Origin: Tricharina praecox
Lineage: Eukaryota
NCBI RefSeq assembly: GCF_024521635.1
Contig: NW_026250404.1
Coordinates: 1,364,001 to 1,428,000, forward strand
Direction: 5' to 3'
Length of the DNA stretch: 64,000 nucleotides
Position 1 is the stretch's first letter; the number at the start of each line of letters is the position of its first letter. The translations under genes and the position numbers were made by a program. The notes beneath the pieces were generated by a model. It made no database searches. It saw only the letters and a list, made by a program, of their open reading frames with translations, and was not told the DNA's origin. Shown here in pieces: positions 1-14,528 of this stretch.

Positions 1-1879
1 CCGATGGCCAATAGATACCGATATGCGGTTCGCGAAAATCCACATACTCCACATACCCTGCAGCGCTGTTAGTGGGCACTGGGCCTGCTAGGTGGTAGGT
101 ACTGTGTAGTGTAGGGTAGGGCAGGGTAGTATTTGGAATTATGGATTAATAGTTACCTACATACCGCCTGCCTGTCGGAATGCCGGAAACAGACATGTCT
201 GCAGAAGTCTCGATTGTTTGCTGGCGCGGTGTAAGTAGGTGCTATTCTGTCGGATGATGTAGGGAATGGCTACTACCTAGTAGAGTTGGTACGGCAACTG
301 GGGCCAAGTGGAAGGAAGCCTGAAGGGCATCGCCGTGGTTGTTACTTCCGGTTGCGAGCGATCGCTTGGTAGAAGGTGGTTGCATGAGTAGGTACGGTAT
401 GTACGTAGATGTGCAGAAGGATCCCTTGGTTGGTTGGCTAGTTGGTTGTTATGGAAATATCCAGTGAGGACCGGTATGTCCATGTCTACGTCCATGTCCA
501 CCTCCGTCCATGGGGGCAAACACGGCTGCTCCCAGTACTCACACGAAGACTCTAGTTCCCCGTTTTACGTCGAATCTTGCAATGGAATCTTTGCCGTGGT
601 TGTTTACGATGCTTATACCCCCATCCTCATCCCTCAAGGCCCCGTGAACCGGAACATTCCCCTGCGCCGATCTCCCGTATGGATAGTACCCAAGTATGTA
701 GGCAGAGATCTTGCCGCGATCTTAGGGGTGTAAACTTCTCAGCCCCCCCCGCCCCGGGGGAGGGCGGCGCACTGTGGAGTACCACGGATATACATCGGTG
801 GAGGATATGGTTTATGTAGCCAGATCACTTAGACACCGCCAAATTGGTAGGTACTGTGCGGTACTATCCAATCTGTAGCAAGTTCGCACGTTTGAGCTTT
901 GCCATCGGGCATTCGCGTCCTTTCCTCGGTGGAAGAATGATGTGTGTAGGGGGTATCTTCGAGCAGGATCAGTACTAGATACCGGTATTGCCACTGACAT
1001 ACCGGTACTTAGTATACCCTACACAACGGCCACAGTCACGCCGCACCAGCTGAAAACCGGCCCACTCCCTTCCTCATTCACTCGCTCACTCACTCACCCG
1101 CCCACACACTCAACCGCTCACTACAGATCCATAATCCATTTCCGGCTGGATGATGTGCACTGTATTCCTGTATTCCTGTCTTCCGGAGCGGAGTAGAGCA
1201 CCGCACGCACGCACTGCATCGATTTCCGCATGCCTGGAAATACATGTCCCTACCTGCCTACTCTGCCATTCCATATGTACGGTATTCCATGCCGGGCGTG
1301 CCCTGCAAGCCCAATGCGTGCGAGCGAACTGGCTTCCGAAGCGAGAGCTTGGGGGTTAGGATCACGGGAGGGAGGGAGGAAGGGAAGGATCACGGGAGGG
1401 AGGGAGGGAGCATGCCGAGCGCGCAGTGTCTCTCATCTTGCGCCCCTACCACCGTGCCAGGTATGTATGTAGTAGAGTCACCACATACCCTACACCAGAA
1501 GACGAGACGAGACGAAAACGAGACGAGACGAGATGAGACGAACCACTTTCAAGCGAGGGCAACGAATACGCGGACTCAGCTGGTCCTCACACCAGTATGT
1601 AGTGGGCGCCGCACCGGCCCCATGATCCGCCGCGGCGCCGCCGTCTCTTTCGCCCAGCGCGAGTGCGAGCGCGAGCTCCTTCTGTTGGCGGAAACATCGC
1701 CGCGCACACGCCGCACTCGAATGTGCTCTTGTGGCGAATGGGTACCTAGCATATAGTAGAGTAGTACCGTAGAACTGGTAGTACCGTAGGTCCGCAGAGT
1801 AGTACCATAGCAGAGAGGGTAGTACGGTATGTAGTAACCAGCTCGTTACTACTAACTAGCCGTGGCGCAGTCGGCATGG

Positions 1880-1980
1880 GACTTTACTACTACTTACTAC
1901 TATTACCACTACATACTACTACTACCACTACCGCTACTATTACTACTAGTTAACTACTACTACTATCTACTACCCAGTAG
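1880..1980. repeat. Degenerate (ACT/TAC)n microsatellite
   Basis: Runs of actactact with interruptions. Confidence 0.8.
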
Positions 1981-4631
1981 TCTTTCATATTCTCGATAGT
2001 CCACAACCGCACCAGACCGCACTGCACCGCACGCGCCACATACTTGCTCAGGTTGCTTGGTTTACTTTATCCTGTATTCCGCATTATGAGTAGCGAGCTT
2101 CGCTCCTCTTTCTGCCCCGACGTCATATGACGACGAGGAGGTCGGTGTGCGGTCGGTGGAAAAGAAGGCCGTTGCAACTTGCGCCGCCGCCGCCGGTGGG
2201 CGCATGCGAGATCCGTCCGATAACTACGTACTACGTAGGCAGTGGAGTAGCTACGGTACGGTACTAGTTACGTAGTAGAGCGCGGTGCGGTACACCGCAT
2301 CGCTCTACGGGCGGGTATGTAGGTGGGTAGGTATGATAGGTTGGTAGGTTGGTAGGTAGGCATTCTAGTGAAGCAGGCATACCTACTACCTACCTAGGGA
2401 ACCCTGATGTTCTATGATATGATATGATATGATATGGAATAGTAGTAGCTGGTCATTCTAACAGCCGATGCGATGCCTCCTCCAATGCATCAACTAGAGG
2501 CCGTTGTGTATTTGAGCAGAGCATTGGCGACAATGGCCGCGAGACAGTTCGATAGGTACTCCACATACCGCGACAGTGACCGCGAGAGAGCCTAGAAGAG
2601 TTACTACTAGTAGGTACTACTACACCCCCGCCCCGCCAGCCGCCCCTAACGTCGCCGCTCGAAAAATACCTAAATAAATAAACAACAACACTAATATCGG
2701 TGAGTCGCTCAAGCGACGATCCACGCCCGTTCGGCCGGACCGTCAAGATCGCAACAAAGTTCGAGCGAGAGCGGGATTTTTTCCAACGTCCGACTCGGGC
2801 GTCTCATTGGACGGGCGGGCGAGCAGGGTGGAGGTTTAGGTGGAGGCACCTCCACCTCCACGAGGCGCTCGCTGCACAGGGAGAAGATCTGGACTCCAGT
2901 GCGTCGGTTCTAATCGGTGTTTAGGTCGCACGCGAGGGGGGACGTGGGACGAGGGACTGGAACGGGACCACCAGCCAGCCAGCCCACCACCACCACCACC
3001 GGCGTGTGGGGTGGGGTGAAATGTGAACCCATGATACGATACGATGGGTTGTTTTGGGGGTGGGAAGGGTTGGGGGCAAGATGTGGAGATGTGGGTTCTG
3101 GCGATCTGATCTCTGGGCTGGCCGTATGGATCAGTTGGTTGGTTGGAAGGCTGATGCGGAGAGCGAGAGAGAGACTCGAGCGTGTGTGTGTGTTTCAGGC
3201 GCTCGATGCAACAAGATATCTCAGCCATATCCACCACACCCTCATAATCCATTTCTACCTGGCCAGCCGATATCCGGCACAGCAAAGGACTTATCCTGCT
3301 GTTCCCTTTGGCCACCATTCGACCATCGGAGTCGAGGCCCCCTTCCCTCCCCCGCAGGCCGCAGGCAGCGCCTAAGTGCATGGGCCCCCTAAGCGCGCAC
3401 ACGTGTGGTAGGCTGCCCACTCTAGAGTGCTATTCCGCGGAAAGAAAGAAAGAAAGAAAGAGAAAAAGAAGGAAAAGAAAGAAAAGAAAAAAAGCATCGC
3501 CGGCCCCCCTCACCCCCATTTCCCACAGTCTGGGCGGACCACCATGTCCCTCCGACCCAGCACGCAGCAACCCGGCCGTCTGGTTTGCGGGAATTCCGGA
3601 AACGACAAGACATAAACACACACACACACACACACACACACGTGTTCGACTTGCGCCCAGCTGACTGTGCTGCGAGGTTGAGGTCGATAGTTATTACTGC
3701 CGTGCTGCCGAAGGGCCCGAGGCCGGTGTACTCGAGGTATGTAACATGAAGTACCTAGCAGACGAGCTGGTTCCGGCGTGGTATGCAACTACCAAGATGT
3801 ATGTACTCGAGTACATATGATGTAGATATGTACTCCACCTATACGGTACGTACAGGTTATCTGGTTAGTTATATCGGGCAAATCGTCGTCGATTCTCGTG
3901 CGCGATCGAGTCGCTAGCTTCTGCCAATCACTCGCCCCGGTCTCTAAGGAAGTGGGCTCCACCATCGACGAATTCTTCACAAAAGGCGCCGCCGCTCACA
4001 GGGGTGAGAGAGGGAGGGGGAGGGAGGGGGCCGTGCAGCAGCAGCAGCAGCAGCAAGCTGTAGAGTTTTGGATCGGCGCGCCGTTGTAGCGCACATCAGT
4101 TGCCTGTAGGTAGGTGTGTAGGTAGTCACTGGAGGTGGTGGTGGTGGTGTTGGCTCGCCGACCGACGATGATGATGATGTGAATGCGCATGTCGGACACC
4201 CCCCGGTCTTGTCTCGATTCTTGGCTCTTTGCTCTATCGAGGTGGGAGGGGAGGGACCGCGCCTGGCGGTTGGCGACCCGACCCACAAGCTTGAAGCAAT
4301 AAGGAAAGGCAATGCGGAGCAGATAACGTGATCGCTCCCTTGCTTGCGCGTAAGCATGGTAAGCACGCCATGCACCCTGGAGTAGGCGTGTTGATGGTGG
4401 TGGTGGTGTGGCATAGGCGGATTATTCGTGTCCTGCCGGGTGGAGGGCTTGTCTGTGGAAGATGCGTAGTTGCAGACCACGTAAAGTAGCGGATGTAGAG
4501 TATGGGCGGATAGAGTATGGGACCTGGGTGGCCTGGGTGGACGGGATACGGCTCACTGTTCCGGAAATAATTGGAGGAAATGGCTTTGACGAGAAGTTGC
4601 GTGTGAGATATTGGATTTGGATATTTGGATA

Positions 4632-5100
4632 TAAAATACTAGGACAAAAAGGATTGGACGGGTCCCATTTTGCATCAAAGATGGCCATTTCAACCACCGA
4701 TACGGCAACCCGAACGTATCGGAAATCAGAGACCATTGAGAGACCTTTATAACTATACTAATTATGATATGAGAATTCCTCAAGGAATTCAGAATTGTCG
4801 GTGTTGAGCAATACCATACGGGGAAAAGTTAATGGTTGCCAGGTACCCAGCTTTTTGTATGGGAGCCCACAGAAAATGTAATTTCACTTTTCAACTCCTG
4901 CACAATACAAATCGTACAGCCCCAATCCGTGATGAAAGTCTTCAAGGTTTTTGTCAATGAAGATGCTTGTGATTCTCTAGCGCTTCTATAAAAGATATTT
5001 TTTTTTTCGACCAGGTGGAGGGTACGTTTAGGTGGCATGAAAATGGACATTTTTGGTGTAAAACGGTCCCCGTCTAATGCTTTGTGTTAGAGTACTTTTA
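4632..5100. mobile_element. Degenerate inverted-repeat element (MITE-like or DNA-transposon relic)
   Basis: 4632-4690 aligns by eye with the reverse complement of 5041-5100 (about 46 of 60 positions). The region is AT-richer than its flanks, and a related copy lies at 36801-36863. Confidence 0.6.
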
Positions 5101-8100
5101 ACTACCAGCTCTACTTTTCTCGTATGCTCTAGGAGATTCCAACATTCATCTCCTAACTACCTATCAATTCCCTCCAGTGCAATTGTCTATCACGTTTGGG
5201 TTTCTTTCTCGACGAAGATTGGCAGCTGCTGTGGCTGGTGATTTTTTCATGAGCCACACTGTCTCTGCTGGACGAGCGAGTGCCGTATGCACCAGTACAC
5301 AGGTACATACGCCACCTACCTTCTATACCTAGAACTATAGAGCCCATTATTATAGAACTATAGAGCCCATTCCTATAGCATAGCCAGCCAGCCCGTTCTC
5401 AAGACGCCGAGACGCCTCCTCCGGCTACGGCATCACAGCAGCGGAACAAGCACGCGCGAACGCACCACTAGTTGCGTCCCTGTCTCTGTCTCCGTCTCTT
5501 CTCCTTGGCGGGCCCGACCAGAAGTCTCCGAAATGGTTCCGCGAATATGTGCTTGTGGCGTCCGCCACGGCGCCACCCCTAAGTACTCTACCTAGTGAGA
5601 CTCAGAGGCGAGGCGGGCGGCCAATCGGACTTGTATGTAGGGTCGGCAGATCTCTGGATTGGCTTTTCGGCGTCCTTCGGAATGTTAAGTATTAACATGC
5701 ATGCATGATTGTACATTCACGTGCTCATGTATGTAGAGTAACTAGAGTACATCGGACTTTGGCATGTAGCTCGGGAATCGATGGCTCGTCATCATCTGCG
5801 CACTCTTCCAGACTCCCAATATCACGAGTCGGAGGTGAATGTCAATGGCATTGAGTTTTAGCCTCGCTGCATCGGTTGCATCGGTTGCATCGGTTGCATA
5901 ATGCATTGACCGCCCGCTGCCTACACCGGCCCGGGATTCGGGAATGATGATGATGACAGCTGATGCTTGACCTCCCGACGGAATTCACCACGGAAACAGG
6001 CTTGTTTCCAAGATTCAAGAGATATATGTACTCTAGTTACTTGCTCGGTTAGTCTTATCTCCAATGCTCTCGAGGAGGGAAGGGAAGGGAAGGGAAATGG
6101 CAGTGCCGAGTATTGCGAGTGTTGCGAGTGTTGCGAGGAGAAGGCTAGGTAGGCGCCTGTCGGCGCTGGACATCATGACAATTGCCCGTAGGCTGTACAT
6201 AGGCGGTCTTGGGCCGTGAGTGGACTGCTTCTATAGTACCATTCCGCATAGGGAACTATCCTCGAGGCGGTAACTATACTACATAACTACACAACTATAC
6301 TGCATAACTATATCCGCTACAAAACTATTATATCTTCCAGTGGATGTATGCATAAGTAGATTACAGTTACATAGCAACCACTTCAACGGGAACAACGCGT
6401 TACTCCATCCTCCATCCATCAGGGGGTGGAGGGGGCTCATTTCGGAGTTCGGCCCCGGAAACGAGCCTCTGCAAAAACGGTCTTTGGCCGAACTGGATTT
6501 TTCCCATTTACCATCTCTACCTACTCTCCTTCCAGTATTACCATTTTTTCTTCTTTACTTCGTTCCTTCCTTCCCCCCAGCACCTAACTCGCGGAGCAAA
6601 ACTCGCCGTGTTTCACCAAGGTCCAAAATATAATACCGAGAAGCCGACGCGAGTCGTCCGTCGTCCGCCGCCCGTCGTGTTGGTTGTTCCGTAGCATTAC
6701 CCAGTTGCCGAGTTACCAGAGTTACCACTGTTACCACCTATCAGATCGCAGCAGTTTCCGCCGGCGAGTCTTCATTGAGTGGGTGGGTGAGACACGCCTC
6801 GTGGGAGTAACCAAGTGCATAGAGCAGAGTAGAGTACATAGGGTTCTTGGGCTTGATAACTAGAAGTAAGTAAGATGTATGCACCTGCGCTATGACCGAA
6901 AATCAGCTAACCTAACCGTAGGGTCTACTAGTAATTACTCTAGAGGAATAGCGTCTGGCGCATCGTCGTTTCGGCGAATCCAATCAGCGCACTGCATTCA
7001 CTTCCCCCAGCAAAAGCGGCGGTGGTGAATTGCTTTTATTTCATTCTCTTTCTTTTCTCTACATATATCGAGTATTTTATTATTTCCCATCCCTTCCCTT
7101 CCCATGCTGCACTGCACCCGTGTGTGGTAGATATGGCATGGCATGGTAGGTATGGCAGGCATCTACTCTATTCTGCTGCCCCGAACCCAGGCCTACCGTA
7201 CCACCCAGACCACCCAGACCACCCAGTGCACCCAGTTCACCCAGACCTACCAGGAGGCCCTCCTCATATGCCGATTGGTTCCAGCGAACCTTCTCACCGG
7301 GCCTCGGTGCTAGGTAACATAGAGTAGAGCACCTAACCACCTAACCTGCATGCATGCGTGCGTGCGCCTAAATACATCGGGTATATGCACCTTCCTACCT
7401 CGAGACTAGGTAGTGTAGAGCATGTGTGCTTGTGCGAGGTGAGAAGAAGAAGAAGAAGAAGAAGAGGAGGCTGATACGCACTTCACTTTCTTCTGCATAG
7501 AGTACGAGTGACGGCCGGGGATGGCTCCGTACATAGGCCGTAGCCGCCTAGGGGCGTTTAGTACCAACCTTACTGGATGCTTCCACGGGGTTGTTCGCCT
7601 CGCCTCGGGCGGAACATGGTTTCGGCGAAGGTCTGATCGCGCGGGGACGCGGAGTTGGCGGAGGAAGCTCTCTACTGGGTAGAGTAGAGTACGGTAGTGT
7701 AGGTAGTAGAGTAGGCTTCCCGGGGTGAACGGTGAACCACAATCACAACGGCAACGGCAACAACCAATGCGGTTGCTTTGCGTTGCGGGTTGACTACGAT
7801 GGCTACTATTTACCCGTAATGGTAGTTACTGGTGGTCATCGGGGCGTAAATATCATAAGACGTCCCCGCAGCTAAGAGACCCCCGTCTCCGTCTCCGCAT
7901 TCCGTCCCCGCAATGCCATCGTTCCCCCGGTATCCTAGTCTTCGGGTGGTGGTGGTGGTGAGTCGCCTACCTACTATGTATAATAGGTACTATACTTATA
8001 GGCCGTCAATGTGCGAATTGCTCAGCGGTTGCGATCCACTGAATCCCGCGGCAAACTTTCTGGCGTCGTAGACTCATATCAGTGATATCGATACCAGTGA

Positions 8101-11100
8101 CACCGATCCCACCGAAAAGTGATATCGGAAGTGAGGGTGAGAGTGTGGGTGTGGAAGAAGCCCACCCGGCGCACCAGGTTCCGCCCGCAATTGGCCCGCA
8201 ATAGCTAGAAGTGCAGATCCGACAGTTGCCCGAGCAGTGCATAATCCCCGCAAGCCGATGGGGAGGGAAGGCTGTCAGGCTGTCGTCTTTTTTTCCTCGT
8301 TCTTTTCTTTTCTATGCATGTAGAGGAGTTACATACCGCATGGCATGGCATGGCATTGCATGAATACGATGGACATCGGGATGTGTGTATGGGCACCTTT
8401 TGCTCGGGGGAGGGGAGGCTAACACGTCGAAGGCAGATATGCATACGGTACGGTGTCCCCCTGCATCAAGGGATGCCGTGTGATCGCTGGGGCTGGATGA
8501 GGTGTTGGGGAACACAGTACTCTACTCACTTCAAACACTCGACAGGTTTCGGAGCTGCACCGTGGAGGGGAGATGTCGATGAGGTTGCACGAGTCACTCA
8601 CCCTCTGCCCGAAGACTAAGGGCGGGCAGACAGGTGGGCGGGCGGGAGGGGGGCTTTGATGCTGAGATGCTGAGATGCTCCACATTCGAGGCACAGTGTG
8701 GCAGCTTCTGGAATATCATTTTGATCGGGCTGATATGCCGAGAATGTCCCTATCCTTTGCCGATCTCCTCCTCCTCCGCCAAGTATGTACCTTTCCTTTC
8801 CCGATCTCCTCCTCCCCCTCCCCCTCCCCCTCCCCCTCCCCCTCCTTTCCCTTCCCGTTCCTTTTTCTGCGGAAACTCTGGCGAGTGTTCTACAGAGAGT
8901 CACCCCGCCACTCAGGGGAGGAGGGGGGAGGGTGGGATTTCTGCCAGCTGCTCTCCTCCCTCCCCTCCCCCTACATTGAGCACGAATACGCACTGCACAG
9001 AGATCATCAAGATTCCGGTCTCAGACAATCGGGATTTGTCACTTACCAAGCATCTCCCAGCAGAGAGGCTAGCTAACGACTACGCCGCGAACGCACGCCA
9101 CTGGCTTCAGATGTGCTGGATCCAGCCAGGCCATTCCCCAATGATTCACCTCTAATCTTCTGGACGCGCGCCGTCGTTTCTCTCGGTGGCTCGGCGCGAG
9201 CCGGATTTACCGGGCGGGAGAGTACGGTAAGGTCAAGCTTGGGTCGGCGCACCGTAGAGGTTAGTTGGATATGATAGATACCCAGTTCACCTAACCAACT
9301 CTCTCCCCACTCCACGGTAACCACTCTGCTCTAGAGTACTCTCCTCCCGGCCCTCCAAGCGTGATGGCAGTAGCAGCACTAGGATGATTCGGCCTCACTA
9401 GAGCAGCCCTTGGCATCTAGGCTATATCGGTCTGTCGATTGTTCGGTTCTTTTTTGGGCGTGCGTGCTGCTGATCGGAAGACACACAGGTTTTATGCGGC
9501 CAACACCTTCGAATCGATTCCTTAATCCCCATTAGCCGTGTGCGGTATCTGGAGTACATACAGGACTGCTGCCCGTCTACTGGCGGCTGCCACTCTACTC
9601 TGGCTACTAGCCATGTTTTTGATGCGGACGGCCAGCAGCCTGCCAGTAGAGTACCTAGGCAAGTAGGTACCGTAGGTAATCGGTCCGCAGGTAGTCGGCC
9701 CGCCAGCCAGCCAGCCAGCCAGCCAGCCATCAGATCTGACGATAAAAACGACCAAGATGGAGTCTCCAGACCACACGTGTATTGCTGCTATCATTTCCTG
9801 GTCTCCCTCCACACTCGTTTCCCCCCTCCCCCTCCCCCCCTCCCCCTCCCTCCTCCACCCTCCACCCAATTCCCCTCCCCCAATTCCCCTCCCCCCATCC
9901 GATTCAGGGCTCTACAGGGTTCATCTCGACACGACCGGGTCCGGTAAAGTCTCCATGTCAGACACTCACCTCGGCGGCAGCGGGGTAGGGATCAGTTCTG
10001 TGGTATGCTAAATAAGTATGCAGCAGACGAGAAGAATTGTGGAAGAAAGACAAGGTGGGTGAAGGGTGAACGAGGGGGCGAGAAGGCGAGAAGCTGCGCA
10101 AAACGCCAACAGGAGAGCTCGGTTGCTACCCTAGTGGCTTTCGTCTGCAACCTGCACGGGTCTGCATCCGCCTGCCTTGTATGCCTGGTCCTTCGTCGTA
10201 TGAGTCGGTGGGATTTGGCCTCTTCTCGTCGACCAGCTTGCCCCCTCCCCATCCATCCATCCATCCTCCGATTGCCTGACCGACGACCCGGGGAATTTTT
10301 AGTGGGAACAGCAGGCAACGCCGGTATCACGTATTTGGTCCGTACTATCACTTGCGCCAGTATCGTTGCGGCGAGCGCTGTGACTGCCGGTGCCTGGGAA
10401 ATATTTGATGATCCGCATGGCTTGGGAAAGAAAAAGGGCCACCCGGCTACTCCCAGCTCGAGACAGGCCTCTCTCTCTCCTCTAGAGTCTAGTCACAGTT
10501 AGCCGGCAAGCCTCACAGGAAGGATCGCGGCTACCATCGCTACCACTACCATCTCATATCCATCCACACCCCCCCCCCCCCCCCCCCTCAACGCTCCCCA
10601 GCAAGTTTTCCCCTTTCTTTTCGGATTCGCGACTCCTCCGTCGAACTAGGGCCAGCAAGCGGTGTCTACCCTTTGCGTGCATTCGGCAGAAAGAAAAAAA
10701 ACGCGCACATAAGCATACAGAAACAGGCGGTGCCGAGAGGGCGGAAGGGCGAGAGTGCGAGAGTGCGAAAGGGCGAGAGGTACGGACGGAAACCCCCCCA
10801 GGCACCTCGTACCTGGGCCTGCTAGTAGTAGGTGCTTGTGCTGTGCTACTACCACCACCACCTCGTAGTGCTAGGGAACATTGCGCCGCATATCTTGGGA
10901 GTGGCTACATCTCAGTTGCGGTCTTGCTGTCTTGTCTCGCTGCTTCCAACTTCTCCATCTTCATCGTCCCTCGTGTTTCCTCGTCGGTCGGTGATCATCA
11001 GCCCCGCCTAAACTGTCTGTACCATACCTACCGGGTGCTGCAGTTCCCAGACGTGGTAGGGGAACGTCAGTCACCCAGCAATCGATACCTTGTCCTGCTA

Positions 11101-11285
11101 TTGACATTCTCACCTTCTTTCTTCCTACCCACCACCCTTCACCTCCATACCCCCCCTCTTCTTCTTATCCTTATCCGCCTTCCAGGTGAGTCGTTAGAAC
11201 GAGGCACAGCAGAAGAAAAAACGGAATTCCAATCGACGGGGCCCGGGCAGGAATAAGGGCCACTTTATACCGTTCAATATCGGTC

Positions 11286-14200
11286 ATGGTGGAGACTCAG
11301 ATCATCCCAGTCGAAGGCCTGACTACTGGGGGCGGGAGCGGACTCGAGGATGTAAAGCATCCCTCCCCCGCCACAAGCCCCAAACAGCCTTCTGCGGTGT
11401 GCACTTCCTCGCTCCCTTCCCAGGATACATCTACCAGTACCACCACCTCTTCTACCACCACCACCACCACTACCACCACTACTACCACTTACTCTTCTGC
11501 CACTACAACCTTGGGGGCCAGCGCGAGCTCAAATCGCCGTACACCTAAGAGGCAGCCCTCCGACGCATCACTGTCATCCTCGAGCACAAGTTCTTCAACC
11601 ACCTCCGGCCCTGCCATGCCCAACATGTTGAGGGAAGGCACTACTCCAACGCAGCGAATAAGTCGGGCGAAGAAGGGCAAGCGAGTCCACGCTTGCAACC
11701 ATCCGGGCTGCGAGAAGGTCAGTTCTTCCGTCGGGCAAAGCTCTCTCTCTTCGACATCCAACTGACATCTCTCTTTCCCTCCCCCCAAGATCTTCACTCG
11801 GGCAGAGCATCTGAGGTGAGGAAACAGTAGCGTCATCCCGGCGTTCGTGAGCTTCAGCTTCGGACAGGCTTCTAACTGCAAATCTTAGACGGCATCAGCT
11901 GAACCACAGCACCGAGGTGTTCTACAAATGTGATATGTGTGAGAGGACGTTTGTCCGGCAAGATCTATTGACTCGACATACAGAGCGGCAGTACGGCCCT
12001 TTCATCCCCAAAACACACACGGACACAATGTAGCCCCGCTAATACCAGGGGCCAGCGCAACACAAGCCCGGAAGGCCGTCCAGACACTAGCACTAGCACA
12101 GCGGCATCGTCAGTTCTCAAGTCATTTTGGCATTAACGCCATCACGGTATTGGCGCCACCACCGCCGCCAGACTATGGCGGGAATGCACACGTTTTTGAT
12201 GCGAATACTCGACTTCCGAGCCACAGCCAAGATGCGAATATCCTAGGCTCGCACCCTCAACACCAGCAGCAGCAGCACCAACAGCAACAGCAACATTCTT
12301 CCTCATCGGGATCAATAGTGGCGAGCTCAATAGCCGGATATGCGCCGAGTTATTCGGCGCCGATTTCAATACCGATCTCACAACCGCCGGATGTTCCGCC
12401 AGACTTTTCACCTTCGGATGCGGCGGCGCCGTCGTCCTCGGGACTGCGAGGAGCTCACCTTCCGTTTCACTTGCAGCATAACGAGCCCCAACGGCAATCG
12501 GAACAGTACATGATCCCGGGGATATCTCACGGAGAAGCGCTTAGAAGACCTTCGGCACTAATCATGGATCAGCAGCAGCAACAACAGCAGCAACAACAGC
12601 AGCAACAGCAGCAACAACAGCAGCACATGTATAACACGGGCGCCCCCCGATCATGGGACGATTACGAATGGCTATTCGAGGCTGGATATCCGGACCAGGT
12701 TGTGATGGAGATGAACCAGAATCAGGTGGCGTACTTACATCCGTTGGAAATTCAATATTACGCCACCGTGGGTGAAGGGTCGGCGATCAAAGGTGGTAGC
12801 GGGGGAACACCGCCGTTCTACCACCCGCTGGACGACGCAGTACTCTCGCACGTCTTGCTCCTGGTGGGAGACACGCCGAATCTGCACACGGGCAATGTCG
12901 GAATGGCAGCAATGCAACGCTATCTTCGGCTTTACTGGACGGATTTCCATCCGCTGTTTCCTCTTCTCCACAGGGCCACCTTTGTTCCGAATGTGCAGAT
13001 GGTGATGTTGGTGGCAATCGTATTGGCTATCGGAAGCTCCTATGTGGACTCGGAGGCCAGCCATTTTGCTATGGCGGTGTACGATAAAGTGAGAGGGTGG
13101 ATATTGAACGTAAGGGCCACGGAGCTGGCGATCGATGGGATGGGATCAGGCGCTGATTTTTTTTGGAAAGTCCGAAGAGTTTTCATCACATAGTCCAAGC
13201 GTTCTCACGCAGCAGCTCATACTATTGACGGACGTGTTTGGAAAAATGCGGTCGACAAGGTCTCATTTGGAGGGAAGTCAGCTGGACTTCATTCTGTTGA
13301 ATGTGAGTGGAAGCCGTGGCAGATATAACCGTGGGGAAGGGAAGGGAAGGCGCTGACAAGCACTTCCAGAATCTTCGGAGGAGCCAGAGCCTGAACAGCG
13401 ACCCGCTACAGAGCATCCGGAGATGCCATCGGTCGGGACAGGAGTTCGATTACGAGGCCGAATGGCAATCGTGGATCGACCTGGAGGCTAAGAAGAGGTT
13501 TTACCATCACCGCACTCGCTTTTGTTTAATTCGCATTTAGAGCTAACTTTACTAGGGTTGCGCTTCTCTTTTTCTATTGGGATACCCAGCAAGCGACTCT
13601 CTTTGGCAGCGACATGTGCCAGACCATCTTTGACGTACGCATTCAACTTCCTTGCGACGAGTACCTCTGGGGCGCCAATTCACCCAACGAATGGCTCGAG
13701 CGGATAGACAGCGCGCAAGACGGCCAAGGCTTCCTGGACACCCTCAAAATCTTCCTGGATGGCCGCCGCGATCCGCCATCGCTTTCACCCTTCAGCACCG
13801 TGCTGGTTCTCCACGGCTTGATTGCAGTCGGCTTGGACCTGCAGCGACGGACATCCCCGGTGTCTCTGGACGCAGATGACTCGGCAACGAAGCAAGCCCG
13901 GATATCACGCGGGCTCGAAATCTGGCGGGGACAGTTCGAGGCGCTAATGCCACAGGTGCTCGTGCAGAGCTGGTACCAGAAGTTACTACTCATGTTCCAT
14001 ATGTCGCACATCTCGCTGCATACCAACCGGCAGGTGCTGCTCGCGGCGGCCGGCGATCGTCGGTTCTTCCGGCGCAACTCCAACGACTTCTATCGAGCCA
14101 AACACGAACTGCAACAGTGGCTCGCATTGCCTTCCGCGCAGCTGGCCACCTGGCACGCCGTGCAGATTCTGCTCAGATACCTCAGCTCGGCGCAGATGTA

Positions 14201-14528
14201 CCAGCAGGACCTCTACGTTACATGGTCGACGTATTTGGCCGCGCTGATCTGCTGGGCGTATGGCCAGAGCGAGGTGCCAGACCAGCAGCAGCAGCAGCAG
14301 GACGAGCCCGTGCCGTGGGAGCTGGAGCAGGACATGCGCATCTACTTGCAGCAGATGAACACAGATAACTGGGAGAATCTCGGACACGTGCGGAGACATT
14401 ACAGGACGAGGACGAAAGGGCTACTGGCCATGGTGGGCGACACGATGAAGATGGCTAGGTGGGGGCTGGTGCAGGAGGGGCTCGAGATCCTGAAGAGACT
14501 AAGGGATCAGAAGAGCATTAACGTTTGA
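11286..14528 (+). CDS. C2H2 zinc-finger transcription factor with fungal-specific TF (middle homology) domain, multi-exon
   Basis: Splicing out 11718-11789, 11816-11888 and ~11991-12055 gives two C2H2 fingers (HACNHPGCEKIFTRAEHLRRHQLNH; YKCDMCERTFVRQDLLTRHTERH). Downstream are polyQ tracts and LRLYWTDFHPLFPLLHRATF and IQLPCDEYLW motifs typical of Fungal_trans domains; three further short introns at ~13.1-13.55 kb; TGA at 14526-14528. Confidence 0.92.

Noticed and set aside
277..11256. Numerous 60-190 aa ORFs in the upstream desert
   Set aside because: Low-complexity translations of microsatellites, mostly with non-ATG starts.
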